From Octopus vulgaris (Eukaryota): 64,000 nt of DNA. A program made the translations under genes and the position numbers. Of this stretch, positions 1 to 13,245 are shown piece after piece. The notes beneath the pieces were generated by a model. The model was not told the DNA's origin. It did not search any database and was given only the letters and a program-made list of their open reading frames with translations. Each line of letters starts with the position of its first letter. The first letter of the stretch is position 1. Where the stretch lies: the NCBI GenBank assembly GCA_951406725.2, contig OX597837.1:15996001-16060000 (forward strand). Reading direction: 5' to 3'.

Positions 1-70
1 AAACAGCTGCCCACGCATGCAACTCCTTCATATGTCCTTTCTTCAGCACCGATTGTTTTCGAAAGAAAGG

Positions 71-165
71 TCAGGCCAACTTGGGCCGATAAAGTTTGGC
101 AACAGTTTCTTTGCAGGCATTGTCATCCGAACACACGGGGCAGGGAACGGATAGGATAAAACATC
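71..165 (-). other. Candidate exon (possible last coding exon, CFILSVPCPVCSDDNACKETVAKLYRPKLA*)
   Basis: - strand polypyrimidine tract TTTTCTTTCTTTTCTTTCTGGATGTTGGACAG ends at 166, followed by non-repetitive sequence. All three frames meet a TGA within ~125 nt. No recognisable homology. Confidence 0.2.
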
Positions 166-218
166 CTGTCCAACATCCAGAAAGAAAAGAAAGAAAAAAA
201 TAGGAAAAGAAAGAATTA

Positions 219-322
219 TAGACGAGATTAACCTCAGAGGGATTTGAACTCAGGATGCAGGCAGCAGGAATAAAAAACATTGAAGATATTTTATCCAACG
301 CTCTAAACGACTCCACCAATTC
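219..322 (-). mobile_element. Degenerate tRNA-derived SINE head (OK-like)
   Basis: - strand GGTGGAGTCGTTTAGAGCG...CTGAGTTCAAATCC (A-box/B-box-like), similar to the better-preserved copy at 45294-45663. Confidence 0.55.
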
Positions 323-524
323 CCAGATTTACCTTTCTCAGCACCATCCGCTACCACTGCACCGTCACGCTACCATTCTTCTTACCACGGCACCGCAACC
401 ATGACGACCGTTAAACAAAAACACAATACAACACAATCAAGCAGTTCCGCTTCACTTGCTAACAATCAATTATTCATTTATTGATTGCTAATTATTATCG
501 TCTGCTACCTTCATTTACGCTAAT

Positions 525-547
525 AAACAACAACAACAACAACAACA

Positions 548-582
<35 letters not shown>

Positions 583-583
583 A

Positions 584-620
<37 letters not shown>
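525..620. repeat. (AAC)n(TAC)n microsatellite
   Basis: Directly visible. Confidence 0.95.
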
Positions 621-621
<1 letters not shown>

Positions 622-744
622 ACACATACACAAATAAACACACGTACGAAAAAGCACAGAAACAAACAATGGAACCGATTCTTTCGCTTAGGAATCTTCT
701 GCGAGTTCTTATAATGTTTTAAGGGGGCATTCTAAGTGAAACAA

Positions 745-765
745 TACATACATACATATAATTAT

Positions 766-810
<45 letters not shown>

Positions 811-818
811 TATACATA

Positions 819-888
<70 letters not shown>

Positions 889-904
889 TATGTATATATA
901 TGTA

Positions 905-957
<53 letters not shown>
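745..957. repeat. Interrupted (TA)n microsatellite
   Basis: Directly visible. Confidence 0.95.
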
Positions 958-960
<3 letters not shown>

Positions 961-1089
961 CGCATGCAAGTATCCATACTTTCTCCTCAAAGCCAGTCAC
1001 ATGTACATACACACGCGTCGGTTAAATCGAACTAAACAACCCAATTATTCGATCAAACACTACTCTCTCTCTCTCTGTCCCTGTCTGTC

Positions 1090-1141
<52 letters not shown>

Positions 1142-1194
1142 CATTCTGTTGTTCTGTGAGTAACCGAGTATTCCACATACACACCTATAATTTT

Positions 1195-1556
1195 TTTCTC
1201 GTACTTGTTTCAGTCATTAGACTGTGGCCATGCTGGGGCACCGCCGCCTTGAAGAACTCGACCCCAGTACATTTGTTTTAAAGACTGTGACTTCCAACGG
1301 TCTCTAGCTGAACCGCTAAGTTACAGGGATGTAAACACATCAAGACCGGTTGTCAAGTGGTGGGGAACAAACAGACAGACAGACAGATACATTTATATAC
1401 AGCGGGTTTCTTTCAGTTTCCTTCTACCAAATTCATTCACAAGGTTTTGGTCGACCCTTGGCTGTAGTACAAGACACTAGCACAAGGTGCCACGCAGTGG
1501 GACTGAACCCGGAGTCATGTGGTTGAGCAGCAAGTTACCACACAGCCACGTCTACG
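1195..1556 (-). mobile_element. tRNA-derived SINE (OR-like family)
   Basis: - strand head GTGGCTGTGTGGTAAC...GGGTTCAGTCCCACTGCGTGGCACCTTG; tail CCAGCATGGCCACAGTCTAATGACTGAAACAAGTA; several homologues in the window. Confidence 0.8.
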
Positions 1557-1589
1557 CCTATCTCTCTCTCTCTCTCTCTCACTCACTCA

Positions 1590-1623
<34 letters not shown>

Positions 1624-1691
1624 ATCTATCTATCTATATTGGAATAGTATACGTGCATGCATGTATGTATGTATGTATGTATGTATGTATG

Positions 1692-1740
<49 letters not shown>

Positions 1741-2104
1741 TTTCATTTGTTTCAGTCATTTGACTGCGGCCATGCTGGAGCATATATATATATATCGTCA
1801 CGCGCAAGGCTTAGGCCGACTAGAAGCTTTGCTAAAATGACACTCGTTTGATGTTTAATGCATCGAACCTGCTTCCTCAAGAGTGTAGGTGAATTTCTTA
1901 ACTATTCAGCCATATTTGCATTTGCATGCATACACACATATACACACACACATGCATACAAATGTGTATCTGTTTGTGCATTGATATGTCCATAATGCAT
2001 AGATACAAGGCCATACGCAAACATACGCCATGCACACACAGAATCACAACTTTCAATCCCACCAACAATTAACGCACGTGAACATCTAAGACATACATCT
2101 GTTT

Positions 2105-2960
2105 CAGTGCCCGGTCAAAAATGCAAATTCATCTCTTACCGCCGGAACGTCAGGCCTTGCCCCAATTCGCATCCGACCAGACTGGAGCTTTGCATGGAAA
2201 GGATGCGTTCTATTGGTCACACGAGTGGAGAATTGAGCATGCCATAGTTGATGACCCGCAGACATGTGCTGAGGCTTGACCTTTCCAGTGTTTCTTTGGC
2301 GGTGAACAGGTGAGGATGCCATTTGTCAAACCCCAGCGCATTTCCCAGAATTACAGCCCAGAGTCAAGCAGTGACCGAGACATGGCGCTTGGCATCCGGA
2401 GTATGGTTCAGGCGCTCGCACTCCTCTGCAATAGGTGGAAGTTCTACGGTGGTGTCCTGAAGAAGATTTAGAAAGGTGCTGAGTGGCGAAACCGTTCTAT
2501 GTGCACTCGTCCACCGCCCGAATATTGCTGGCTTGTGGAGTTATATTGAACATCTACTGTCACGCATGGAGCAGATCCGACTATCAACTGAATCCACTGT
2601 AAAGATCGCCTCGACACCCTTCCTTTGGCCAGAAGACCTGTTCATCTTTGTCTGGTTGCTTGATCGATCGAGGCTGGGTGCTGGAAGAGATTGAAAGGGC
2701 AGAAGAGAAACCCCTTCTTCTTGGGCCAGGGCGATGGAAAGGGAAATGATGCCTTTCAGTCGTCGAAAAATGCCTAGCAACATGGAAGTAAACGGACCTG
2801 CATGCACCAGTAGGTTGGAAGAAGATAAATGGGAGAGGGCACTTTGCTTCAGTGGTTTTCTGGTGTTTCCACGATTAGCCAGCGATAGGCCCACGATGGC
2901 TTCCTCCTTTTGGGGAATTATTCGTTGTTTGATCATTTGGTTTTCGTCATTTTGCTTTTC
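2105..2960 (+). mobile_element. Decayed Tx1/L1-like LINE, ORF2 C-terminal fragment
   Basis: SMP*LMTRRHVLRL and ETVLCALVHRPNIAGLWSYIEHLLSR, a degenerate form of the C-terminal CCHC/zf-RVT motif ET..HAL..CP....W; many stops and frameshifts. Confidence 0.6.
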
Positions 2961-3266
2961 ATACGATTCTACGCAGTCCCCACATTCTATCGTCCTCTAC
3001 CGTTCGCAATGATTCTAATAAGCCTTAGTGGTGAACTCAGAAAAAAGGAAAAAAAGAAAGACCCTTTATTATTATTACTCGTATTCTAAAGGGGTTCACA
3101 GTGACTTCAGTTTTCACCTCTGGAGACCAAACCTCACGAGGCGGGAGTTGAAGTCACAGTCAGCTTTCCATAATAAAAGTGTTTCTACCAAACACTTCGC
3201 TTACTTTTCAGCAGAAAATGTTTGTTGCTTTGTCGTATTTAACACTTAACAACCCCAACAGTAACA

Positions 3267-3325
<59 letters not shown>

Positions 3326-3652
3326 ACTCACGTACCTACATATTGTACATACTTGCATGTATGTATATGCATACTGCATACATATTGCATACATATTTAC
3401 ATATATTCACACACACATACATATAAATACATTATGTGTGCGCGCGCATGTATATTATATACGATACATAAATTGTAAAAAGTTACAATCTTCGACGTCG
3501 GTGGTCCGACTTGTTTGAAAATGATTTATAAAAAAATATAACGAAAATGGCAAATGTGCGCACACGCACTCGCGCGCACGCGCACAAATACTCGGTTTTA
3601 GCGTTTCACAAACGAGAAATGGTACCTAATCTCTCTCTCTCTCTCTCTCTCC

Positions 3653-3694
<42 letters not shown>

Positions 3695-3985
3695 AGAGAG
3701 AGAGAGAGAAAGAGTGATGAATACATATATCTGTATATATATGTATATATACACATAAATATACATATATACATACATACATATATATATATATTAGAAA
3801 TATCATAATAAACAGAAATCAGGTGTGGTATTCAAAGCATTATAGTACACACGCGTGTTTTAATAAATTGTCGAAATAATTACATAACAACTAGACATTA
3901 CGCAACTATGCAAAACACTTCATCAGTGTCCCACCGCCAATACATACATACATACATGTTCTTGTGTGTATGTATATACATATAC

Positions 3986-4089
<104 letters not shown>

Positions 4090-4377
4090 TTAGTGCACAT
4101 ACAAGCATACATACTTACACACACACACATATTATTTCAAATTTATGGAAATCAAAAGATGAAGGCATGTAAGGAAACAAGAAGCAGGTGTATTACTTTA
4201 ACGTTCGGGAAGAATGGAAAAGTCTTCGACGTTTCCAGCCAACGCTCTTCGACAGAAAGGACTGAGAGGGAAAATGTCGAAAGAGAACAAATAAAAAAAA
4301 AAAAGCAGTGAGAGGAAAATGTGTAGGGATTAACAGTTCAACGTAGATAGGTAGGTAGGTAGAGACAAACAGACATA

Positions 4378-4378
4378 C

Positions 4379-4457
<79 letters not shown>

Positions 4458-4473
4458 CAGATAGATAGATAGA
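4378..4473. repeat. (GATA)n microsatellite
   Basis: Directly visible. Confidence 0.95.
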
Positions 4474-4744
4474 TGCGCAGGCGTTTATGTTCTATGCATG
4501 TGTGTGTGTATGTTTGTGTGTGCGTGTGTGAAGAGTTATATATTTATGTTCCCACCGAGTGAGTATAGTATAAACAATGATGTTGCCATCGCAACCACTA
4601 TAAACAGGGTGGGGGGGATGGGCGAATCATGCGATCTGTTTCAGAAGTAATCCTGCACCGAGGTTGCACTTAAGATTTCGCTGCACACACATTCTGTTTT
4701 ACATCAGCAGTCTGCGAAAGTAGCCGAGGCCTATGGCATCTCTC

Positions 4745-4917
<173 letters not shown>

Positions 4918-5035
4918 GTCTGTCTGTCTACATAAATATTGTGTGGAGGGGGCGTGTATATATAACTATAAGTATATGCATGCACATATACATGCATATT
5001 ACATTTATACATATACATGTATGAAGGTAAAGACA

Positions 5036-5445
<410 letters not shown>

Positions 5446-5744
5446 CGCACATATATATTCCTGGGTTGGCCGGTCCTTGATCAAGGCACTTCACTTCACG
5501 TTGCTCCAGTCTATTCGGCAGTAAATGAATACCAGCCTAATGCAGATTCATCTCTCAATTCTTACATCAGTCACATCCAAGGTTCCATTGAGTCATCGGT
5601 GGAATGGCCATGGTTGCGAAGGGGGTGTCTGCTTGTGACCATACTCGCTCGCGTGTATGTCTGTGTATATGTACACCCACACCCACACCCACACATACTG
5701 TTCACAGATGAGAACGAAATACTCCTCTTATAGAAGACACTTAA

Positions 5745-5970
5745 CCCATTAAGTCCCTCTGTCCTATAAACAGGACACTAAATGAGAACATTAAATAACC
5801 TGCATCACATTGTCTCCATGTCCTATTTATAGGACACCGAGTATTTCCATTTCTACTTGAAGTAAACGGAGTTTTGATAATTATTTTTTTTTCATTTTAA
5901 CCTATTTTCAATCATCCGTAAAAATTTAAAAGTAATATTCAGAAATTGAAGTACTCTGGGACTTAATGGG
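5745..5970. mobile_element. piggyBac-type MITE (226 bp)
   Basis: TTAA on both sides (5741-5744 and 5971-5974); perfect 13-bp TIR CCCATTAAGTCCC/GGGACTTAATGGG; two internal palindromic TGTCCTAT....AGGACAC repeats; no ORF. Confidence 0.85.
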
Positions 5971-6186
5971 TTAAATGGCACTCAAAAGATTCAAATTTCG
6001 ACTCCGATGTCTTTGCAGGGGATCGATTCCAGAAGATAAAGGAGGGATCAGGTTGAGCAGATATGGAAGCAATTAGGCAACTTGATCCCTCTTATATAAG
6101 TATGTATATAGCGTCGTCTGCATGTATATCTATGTACACATATAATTTATCTGTCAGTTTGCCTCTCTCTCCCTCTCTCTCTCTCT

Positions 6187-6235
<49 letters not shown>

Positions 6236-6243
<8 letters not shown>

Positions 6244-7117
6244 CTCAAAATTAAAGCAACCGACTTTTTTCAGTTTCACCAAAGCAAAATACTGCTGTAT
6301 TTCGGATCCGAGCCTCGCAAAAGCAAAAACAATAATGACACAACCATATTTACTCGATATGACCTCTTCTGTTTTGAATCACAGCCTTAAGTCTTGGTGC
6401 GAATGCTTCACACGCGACCCGCAGCTGTTCTTGCGGAATCGAAGCCATTCCTGGCGCAGTTTTACCTTCAGAGCGTCGAGTGAAGCAGGAGGAGTGTTCA
6501 AGACCCTCTTCTTCAAAATGGACCAAGCAGTAAAAATCCAACGGTTTGAAATCAGGGCTTCTTGAAGGCCATACATCTTTGCCTATGGACAACGGAATGT
6601 TTTTTTGAATTCAGTGTTGTGTCTGTTGGCAGCTGTGGGATGGTGCCAAGTCCTGTTGGAGGCTCCAAGGTGCGCCTTGTAAGAGCTCATTCGACCGTGG
6701 AAGTAGTTCAGCTTCCAAAATGTCGCTAATGTATCGCTGGGAGTTAATTTTAACATCCGAGGCCTTCCAGTGGCTGTCACAGCTGCCCAAACCGTAACTG
6801 ACTCTGGATTTTGATGTCGATTTACGAATCTAACCCTGACGGATCCAGATACACACCAAGTCGGTCGTTCTGGTGGTTTACTGTCTGTTCGATGTCAAAT
6901 GTCGTTTCATCAGTGAACACTCGGTTGGACAGCCTTCAGCAATCGGACGCACGATGAGACCACTCAGGATGCTATTTCGGCCAGTGTCCAGTGGCCAGTT
7001 TATAAGTCTGAATTGTTTTAGTCTGATACAAAATGAATACACAATAAGCTTTTACAATTTTCATGTCTTATCACATTTATTGATAGTTATTAAAGCCCTA
7101 AACTTCGGGACATCCTT
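6236..7117 (-). mobile_element. Tc1/mariner (maT/DD37D-like) transposon, decayed and internally deleted
   Basis: - strand motifs SVTVWAAVTATG, QQDLAPSH and WPSRSPDFKPLD; degenerate TIRs next to TA at both ends. Confidence 0.8.
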
Positions 7118-7134
7118 TATAGACAAACCGACAG

Positions 7135-7328
<194 letters not shown>

Positions 7329-7757
7329 GTACATATCTATATACAGGAACCCACGAACACACACATGCACACATCCACATATTGGCTCGATTGCGCTCAT
7401 AATCATAAATGCACGAAACAAATTTGAAAAATTATAAAATGAAAAATAAAGAAATAAAACTCAGAAAAACAGCCACAAAACAACAACAACAACAACAGCG
7501 AAACGCATTCGTCTTCTCAGACAGTTTCATGGCTTTTTTTTCTTTCCAATTTCACTGAGAACAACGTCACAATCGCACCACCGCCCACCACCTCTGCACC
7601 ACCACCACCACCACCACCACCAAGCCTCATTATGACCTCACCACCGCCACCAGCACCACCACCACCATCATCTCTATCAAAGCCATGACCACCACGCCGT
7701 CCCATCTACCACATAAACTCTTACACTTATATCAGTCTGCCCAACTTCTTTTGCTTC

Positions 7758-7806
<49 letters not shown>

Positions 7807-7952
7807 TACCATTGACTTAGTTTTGCAACAACAGAATCACCATTGCTTACGGTTCTTCTTCTTCTTCTTCTACTTTCCTCCTCCGCCTCATCTTCTTCTT
7901 TTCCCCCCTCCTCCTCGTTTCCTCACCTCCTCTGCTCCAAACTCTTCCCCTC

Positions 7953-8000
<48 letters not shown>

Positions 8001-8174
8001 TCCTTTAAAGAACGTTGTTATTGTACTTGTTGTTGTTGTTGTTGTTGTCGTTCTTGATGTCGTCGTCGTGGTTTTTATTTGTTTCCTTTGGGGATTTCGC
8101 TTTGACTTTGTTAAGTTTTATTGTTGTTGTTTGCAAAGCAAAGCGTTTTCACATCTGTGTGTACACACGTGAGT

Positions 8175-8249
<75 letters not shown>

Positions 8250-8469
8250 TATTTGGCCACTATTGTTACTGATGTTGCTACTTTTTAGCCCAAGGTCAGC
8301 GCTGTCCGAGCACACTTATGATACCGCCTGTCTAGCCAATAAATCCTTAGATTTTTAAGAGTACAGCGTGTTGTTTTGAGAGAAATTTGGCTGTTACTTC
8401 TTTTGTAGCAAGTTGTAGTACCATATAAAGGCTACCTCACTCAATCTCTCTCTATCTTTCTCTCCCCGC

Positions 8470-8501
<32 letters not shown>

Positions 8502-8509
8502 ATATATAT

Positions 8510-8576
<67 letters not shown>

Positions 8577-8961
8577 AATTATACTATTTTATGTAGAGAT
8601 TGTTAACATTAACAACACTCAGAAACAGTCTAGAACCGAAGAGCTCAAATTGAGCCAAGTTCCAGTTTATAATTTCAATGGAGGCAATACGAACGGACAA
8701 CTAGAGGAACATGACCTATTATCCAATAGAATGTTCAATATGTATGTGTGCACTTTCATTGGAGCTCAATAAATCAATATAAAGTTCGAAATAATATTTG
8801 TGTTAAAAACATAAAAGCATATAAACATATAAATATTTAATATTTAAAAACACGCAATTATTTAAAAATACGTAGGCATTTTTAAAATATATAAACACAT
8901 AAATAGATACATAAATAGATATAAAAACGTCGATATGATATAAGATATAGTGAATTATAAA

Positions 8962-10309
8962 AACACACTCCTAGCAACTTAATCGGACCCTCCGTCCAAC
9001 GTCCCACGACGCAGTCTGGAGGCATCGACTTGCCTCTCCAGGTGCCGAGCTACAAGCCGACTGACTTTTCACGATTAACTTTTGCTCCTGTCACCGTCTC
9101 GTAAACCTTGATGGCCTTGCCTACCCTCTGTAGGTGATCCATTTCGGTTACGATGATGGTGATGTCATCCGCGTAAGCTGACACCGACTTTCCACAACCT
9201 GGCTGTCTCGGGATGCCGCTCAATTTTCACAGTAATGGATCAAGAGCCATCACGTACAAAAGCGTAGAGACCGGACACGCTTGACGAACCGACCGCTTGA
9301 TGTTGAACAGCCTCGATAAGAAGCCGTTCACCCGAACTACCGAGTCGACGTTGTCATAAATCTGAATGATCCACCCGAGGAAGCCAAGACCCAGGCCGAA
9401 CTGCGCCAGAACGGACACCAGGTAGCGATGGTCAACCCTTTCAAAAACCTTAGATTGGTCTAAATGGACCAGTGCCTCACCCTTGCAAGAATCACTATTA
9501 AACCCCTCTAAAGTGTACCGTATAAGATGGAGATTATCCTGGATGGTTTGCCGGGAACGGCACATGTCTGTGCCTCCCCGATCAGACCATCCGCGGCACG
9601 CACCAATCTTTTCGATGACACTTTGGCCAAAATCTTCAACTCTGCGTTTAGCAGAGTGATGGGCCGAAAATTATCAACGGAATCCCCCTTGTCTAACACT
9701 CTATCTAGGTATGACCTGGAAGATCCGTCGCTATTTGACCATGTCTACAATGGAGCATTCGGAAATTCCAACCTATAAGGATCTGCTAGCTCAAAGCGGC
9801 TTAGCAGTTCCAGGAAGCAAGGATTACCTTTTCTATCTGTACACGAGCCAACATAATCTACGCGTGCCTCGCAGATTGTGTTATAGTCTCCTAGCACAAC
9901 TAAAGAATGTGAAGTACCAAGAAACTTCTCCAGATTCCAAAAATATTCACTTTGCTCGGTTGGCATGGGTGCATAAATTGCAACCAGTCTGATAACTTTA
10001 CCATAGTTGAACGTCCAGTCCATGACGACCAGCCTACCTTCTGGATCTGTAAAAATCAACTTTTTCTCAGAAACCCGGTTTCTTTTTAACAGGACCAACA
10101 CCCCGCTTCCGCTAGAAGGACAGCCTGGAGAAAAAAAAACTCTCGTAGCCATCAAGCAGCGGGAGCAGATCTCTTGGCCCCCTTAACCGGGTTTCTGTAG
10201 CAACAATAACATCCAAATTACGCGACCTGATGTCATTAAGGAAGCGACCTTGCTTCCAGCTTGACACCAGGCCACGCACACTTAAGCAACCAACATAAAT
10301 GTTCGACAT
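8962..10309 (-). pseudogene. LINE ORF2 (APE endonuclease + reverse transcriptase), frameshifted and deleted
   Basis: MSNIYVGCLSVRGL, DVIVATETRL, LVAIYAP, VLGDYN, SYLDRV (EN); NFRPITLLNAELKILAK, FERVDHRYL, VRQACPVSTLLY, SAYADDITII (RT). Confidence 0.9.
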
Positions 10310-10329
10310 TACTTACCTCTGCATCAGTG

Positions 10330-11577
10330 GTTCGAGGTTTCTTCGTTCTGGTGTTCTTTTTTTTCTCTCCTTTCCTCGGGTTCGTGGGGTATTTGGACGA
10401 AGGCCGCCGTAAATGTATGGAGAAAAATCCATCCTGAGCGGGCCTACGTCGTGGAAGACTTCCGGCCTGTCCTGTAAATGAGAAAGTCTTTCAAAGTTGT
10501 TTTTTCAACCCATTTGGCAGATGAAGTGGCTGCCAAACGGTTGATAAGTCTATTATTAGACGCCTTGATGGCCATATATGTATTCTCATTTTCTTGTTAA
10601 TTTTTTTTTAAAGTTCAGTTTGGTAAGGGTGGCCTGTGCTTTCTTCTTCTTTTTTTTTTGGACACAGTCGACTACCCCTCCTTTCTGTCTTTATCTTCAC
10701 TCTCTTCTGTTTATATCGGTGTTGTATTTTCTTTCGGTATTGGTGTTGGTGTTTCAGTTGCTGATTCTTCTATTTCTTCTTGTTGTTGTTTTTCTTTTGG
10801 TTTGCACTCCGACCATATGTGGACCTTTAAACCGCAGTTAAAGCACCTTGACTTTCTTCCTTCTACGAACACTATTAATTTTTCTTCGCCGACATTTATA
10901 ATTTCGGGTATTTCCTCCAGGGTTGGGACATCTTTATTAACATTGTCAGGCATTGTCCCTTCCAGTTCTCTTCTTTTTCTACTGAGGCCTGGAGAAGCGT
11001 TATTTTTTCCTCCAGCCCCATGATGATAGCTGCCACTAAACAGGTGGCATCGACTTTCGGAGGGATGTTCTTGATTTTCACTTTTGATGTTCTTCTTCCC
11101 ATATATACGGGGAGAAGAACCACTTCCCCCGTTCTTAGGGTCTCCGAGGAGTACCGCCTGGCTACTTCCTCCGACTTAAACCAGACTTCAACTGTTCCGA
11201 ATCTTTTACCTCGGTTAATGTGATCTCAGTCCAAATAGGTCTGAGACATTTCTCTACTATTTTTTCCTCGGTTCTGAATATTCTTTTTTTTTGTTGCTTA
11301 TGTTGTACGTTTTGTACAAAATCCTTCTCCCGTTGACTTGGTCTGTTGTTTCTTCCCGATGGGCTACTTTTATCTCGGTCCCCTCCTTTTTGAGAAATGA
11401 CATCAATCTCTTTGGATTACTTATCTCAGGGTTTAACTGAGTTTCCCTTTTTCCGACTACCTCAGCGGACTTTTTCGGTGTCAGCGCCGGTGATACCTCC
11501 TTTTCACCTGTTACAAAAACAGGCATATCCAATATTGAATTATCTGGTGAGTCCATTGAACTCAATGGCGACTCCAT
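10330..11577 (-). pseudogene. LINE ORF1 (RRM-like region + CCHC zinc knuckle), frameshifted
   Basis: Fragments MESPLSSMDSP..., GTVEVWFKSEEVARRY, KVKIKNIPP and the knuckle CFNCGLKVHIWSEC (CX2CX4HX4C). Confidence 0.8.
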
Positions 11578-12889
11578 GATGTTACTTTATATATATATAT
11601 ATATATATAATACAATTTCGGCAAAACGCCGAACACAAAAATTGGCTTGTGTTATATAATTCCGCTGCAGGGGGGAATTTTAAAAATTCGCTTCCATAAA
11701 AGCGATAAACAGTTCAAATAAGAATAACAAATCACCAACAAAACAAGACTCAGAGGAAATTCTCTCACGTACCGACAACAGGAAACTTGCACCAAGAATA
11801 AGACTTCTTTGCCAATTCGAAAAAAATATTTTTGTCATTACACTTATCCCCTTTATAGAACAGTTATGAATATTATTAACTCGGTTTCTTTATTAGCCAC
11901 AAGGGCCCAAACATAGAGAAGGACAAACAAGGACAGACAGGACACCACAGGGGGGACAATACATAGAACGAATATGATGAGATGATTATACAATAATGGG
12001 GTTATGAATGGCTGTGTGCGCCCCTCATCACTTGCATTACCATTAAGCTTTTTAAACTATCCGTTTTTATCATATATTTAACTAACACTTAATTATCGTC
12101 TACCATTACAATTATTTGAACCGTTATATTTTTCTCTAAAAATGTTCTTCTATTTTCCGATATTATTAAACATAAAATAAAACACTTACTCTTCCTTTTT
12201 TTCTTTTTTTCCCCTCCTTTTTCTTTCCTTTTTTCCTGTCGCTTTGACATACTTATCTATTTTTTAGTAATATTTCATAAGTGGTTCGATATCTAGTAAA
12301 TCCACTACTGGTGGCAATTCTTTGAATTCCACCGTTATTCCTGGCGGGTCGATGTTATCTCCACACATTTCTTGTAGTCTTTTATAACTTTCCTCTTCAA
12401 TTCCTATCGCTTTCATCTCCTCTGCATATATATGTTTGCTGGTATCTTAAAACTCTTACTATTTGCTTGAACTTGAGTATTTTCTTCTCTGTTTCAATAG
12501 TTTTCGAGTAGGTTACGTTAAGTTATGAATATTTATTAACTCATTAGCATAAGCTAGTAGATCGAGTTAAAGGCCTGCGTTAAGCTCAGTTCAGACCAGT
12601 CCATTATGATATTTTTTATTGTATTTTTAATTCCATTCCAATGTTTATCTGAAGTTAGCTATCCTAGTTCAAATCATACCAATTACATCCTTACCACGTA
12701 AAATACTACCTACTAATATTTACTTCTTTAATTACATTATTATTTTCAATTACATTTTAAATTTTAAATTACAAATTTTAAAGTTTAAATTCTAAATTTT
12801 AAATTATCATCTTTATCCTTTCTTCGAATTAGTATTATGAATTTTTATTATTATTAGTCTTATTCTTATTTTTATTTTCATTTTTAGAT

Positions 12890-13245
12890 TTCTTTAAAAA
12901 CGTTGAGTGTATCTTATGTGTGAAAGCCGGAATTGCATCAGTAAATTTATTTAACATAGCAAGATTATAATTTTTCAAAATAAAGTATGCCTCCCTGATG
13001 CACATCTAGTGGATCCAATTCCAAAGGGAGGGGCATGAGCCAAGGTGGACTAAGATAATTTGAACTCTATACTCCTTTCCCTAAGGTCGTTTATAAACGA
13101 TCCCAACGCGGTGGATCTCCTATATTTTGGATCCTTTAAACAACTAAGGTGGTTTCTATACTTTTGCTTCAAGTCTATCGTGCTACCAATATACGGTCTC
13201 CTTTGGCCATTATGCATTTCTACGCTACCTTTTTAGACAGCATTC
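12890..13245 (-). pseudogene. Penelope-type GIY-YIG endonuclease remnant
   Basis: NAV*KGSVEMHNGQRRPYIGSTIDLKQKYRNHLSCLKDPKYRRSTALGSFINDLRE...C..REAYFILKNYNLAMLNK, with stops and one frameshift. Confidence 0.8.

Larger units (their letters stand above)
8962..11785 (-). mobile_element. Tx1/L1-clade LINE, 5' end retained, 3' end lost
   Basis: 5' UTR, then ORF1 from 11577, then ORF2 from 10309 with APE endonuclease and RT motifs; ends just after GPIKLLGV. Confidence 0.9.

Noticed and set aside
1-159. Open + strand frame at the window edge, and in-frame TGA read-through on the - strand
   Set aside because: No homology and no SECIS or other evidence for recoding
7685-8008. Poly-Leu ORF resembling a signal peptide
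   Set aside because: The hydrophobic run is a (TTA)n microsatellite and no downstream domain follows
8735-8785. - strand ATTG/CAAT stem + GAAA + GTGCAC palindrome at the Penelope end
   Set aside because: CUGANGA box and NUH triplet both broken; too degenerate to call, though the position would fit a pLTR hammerhead
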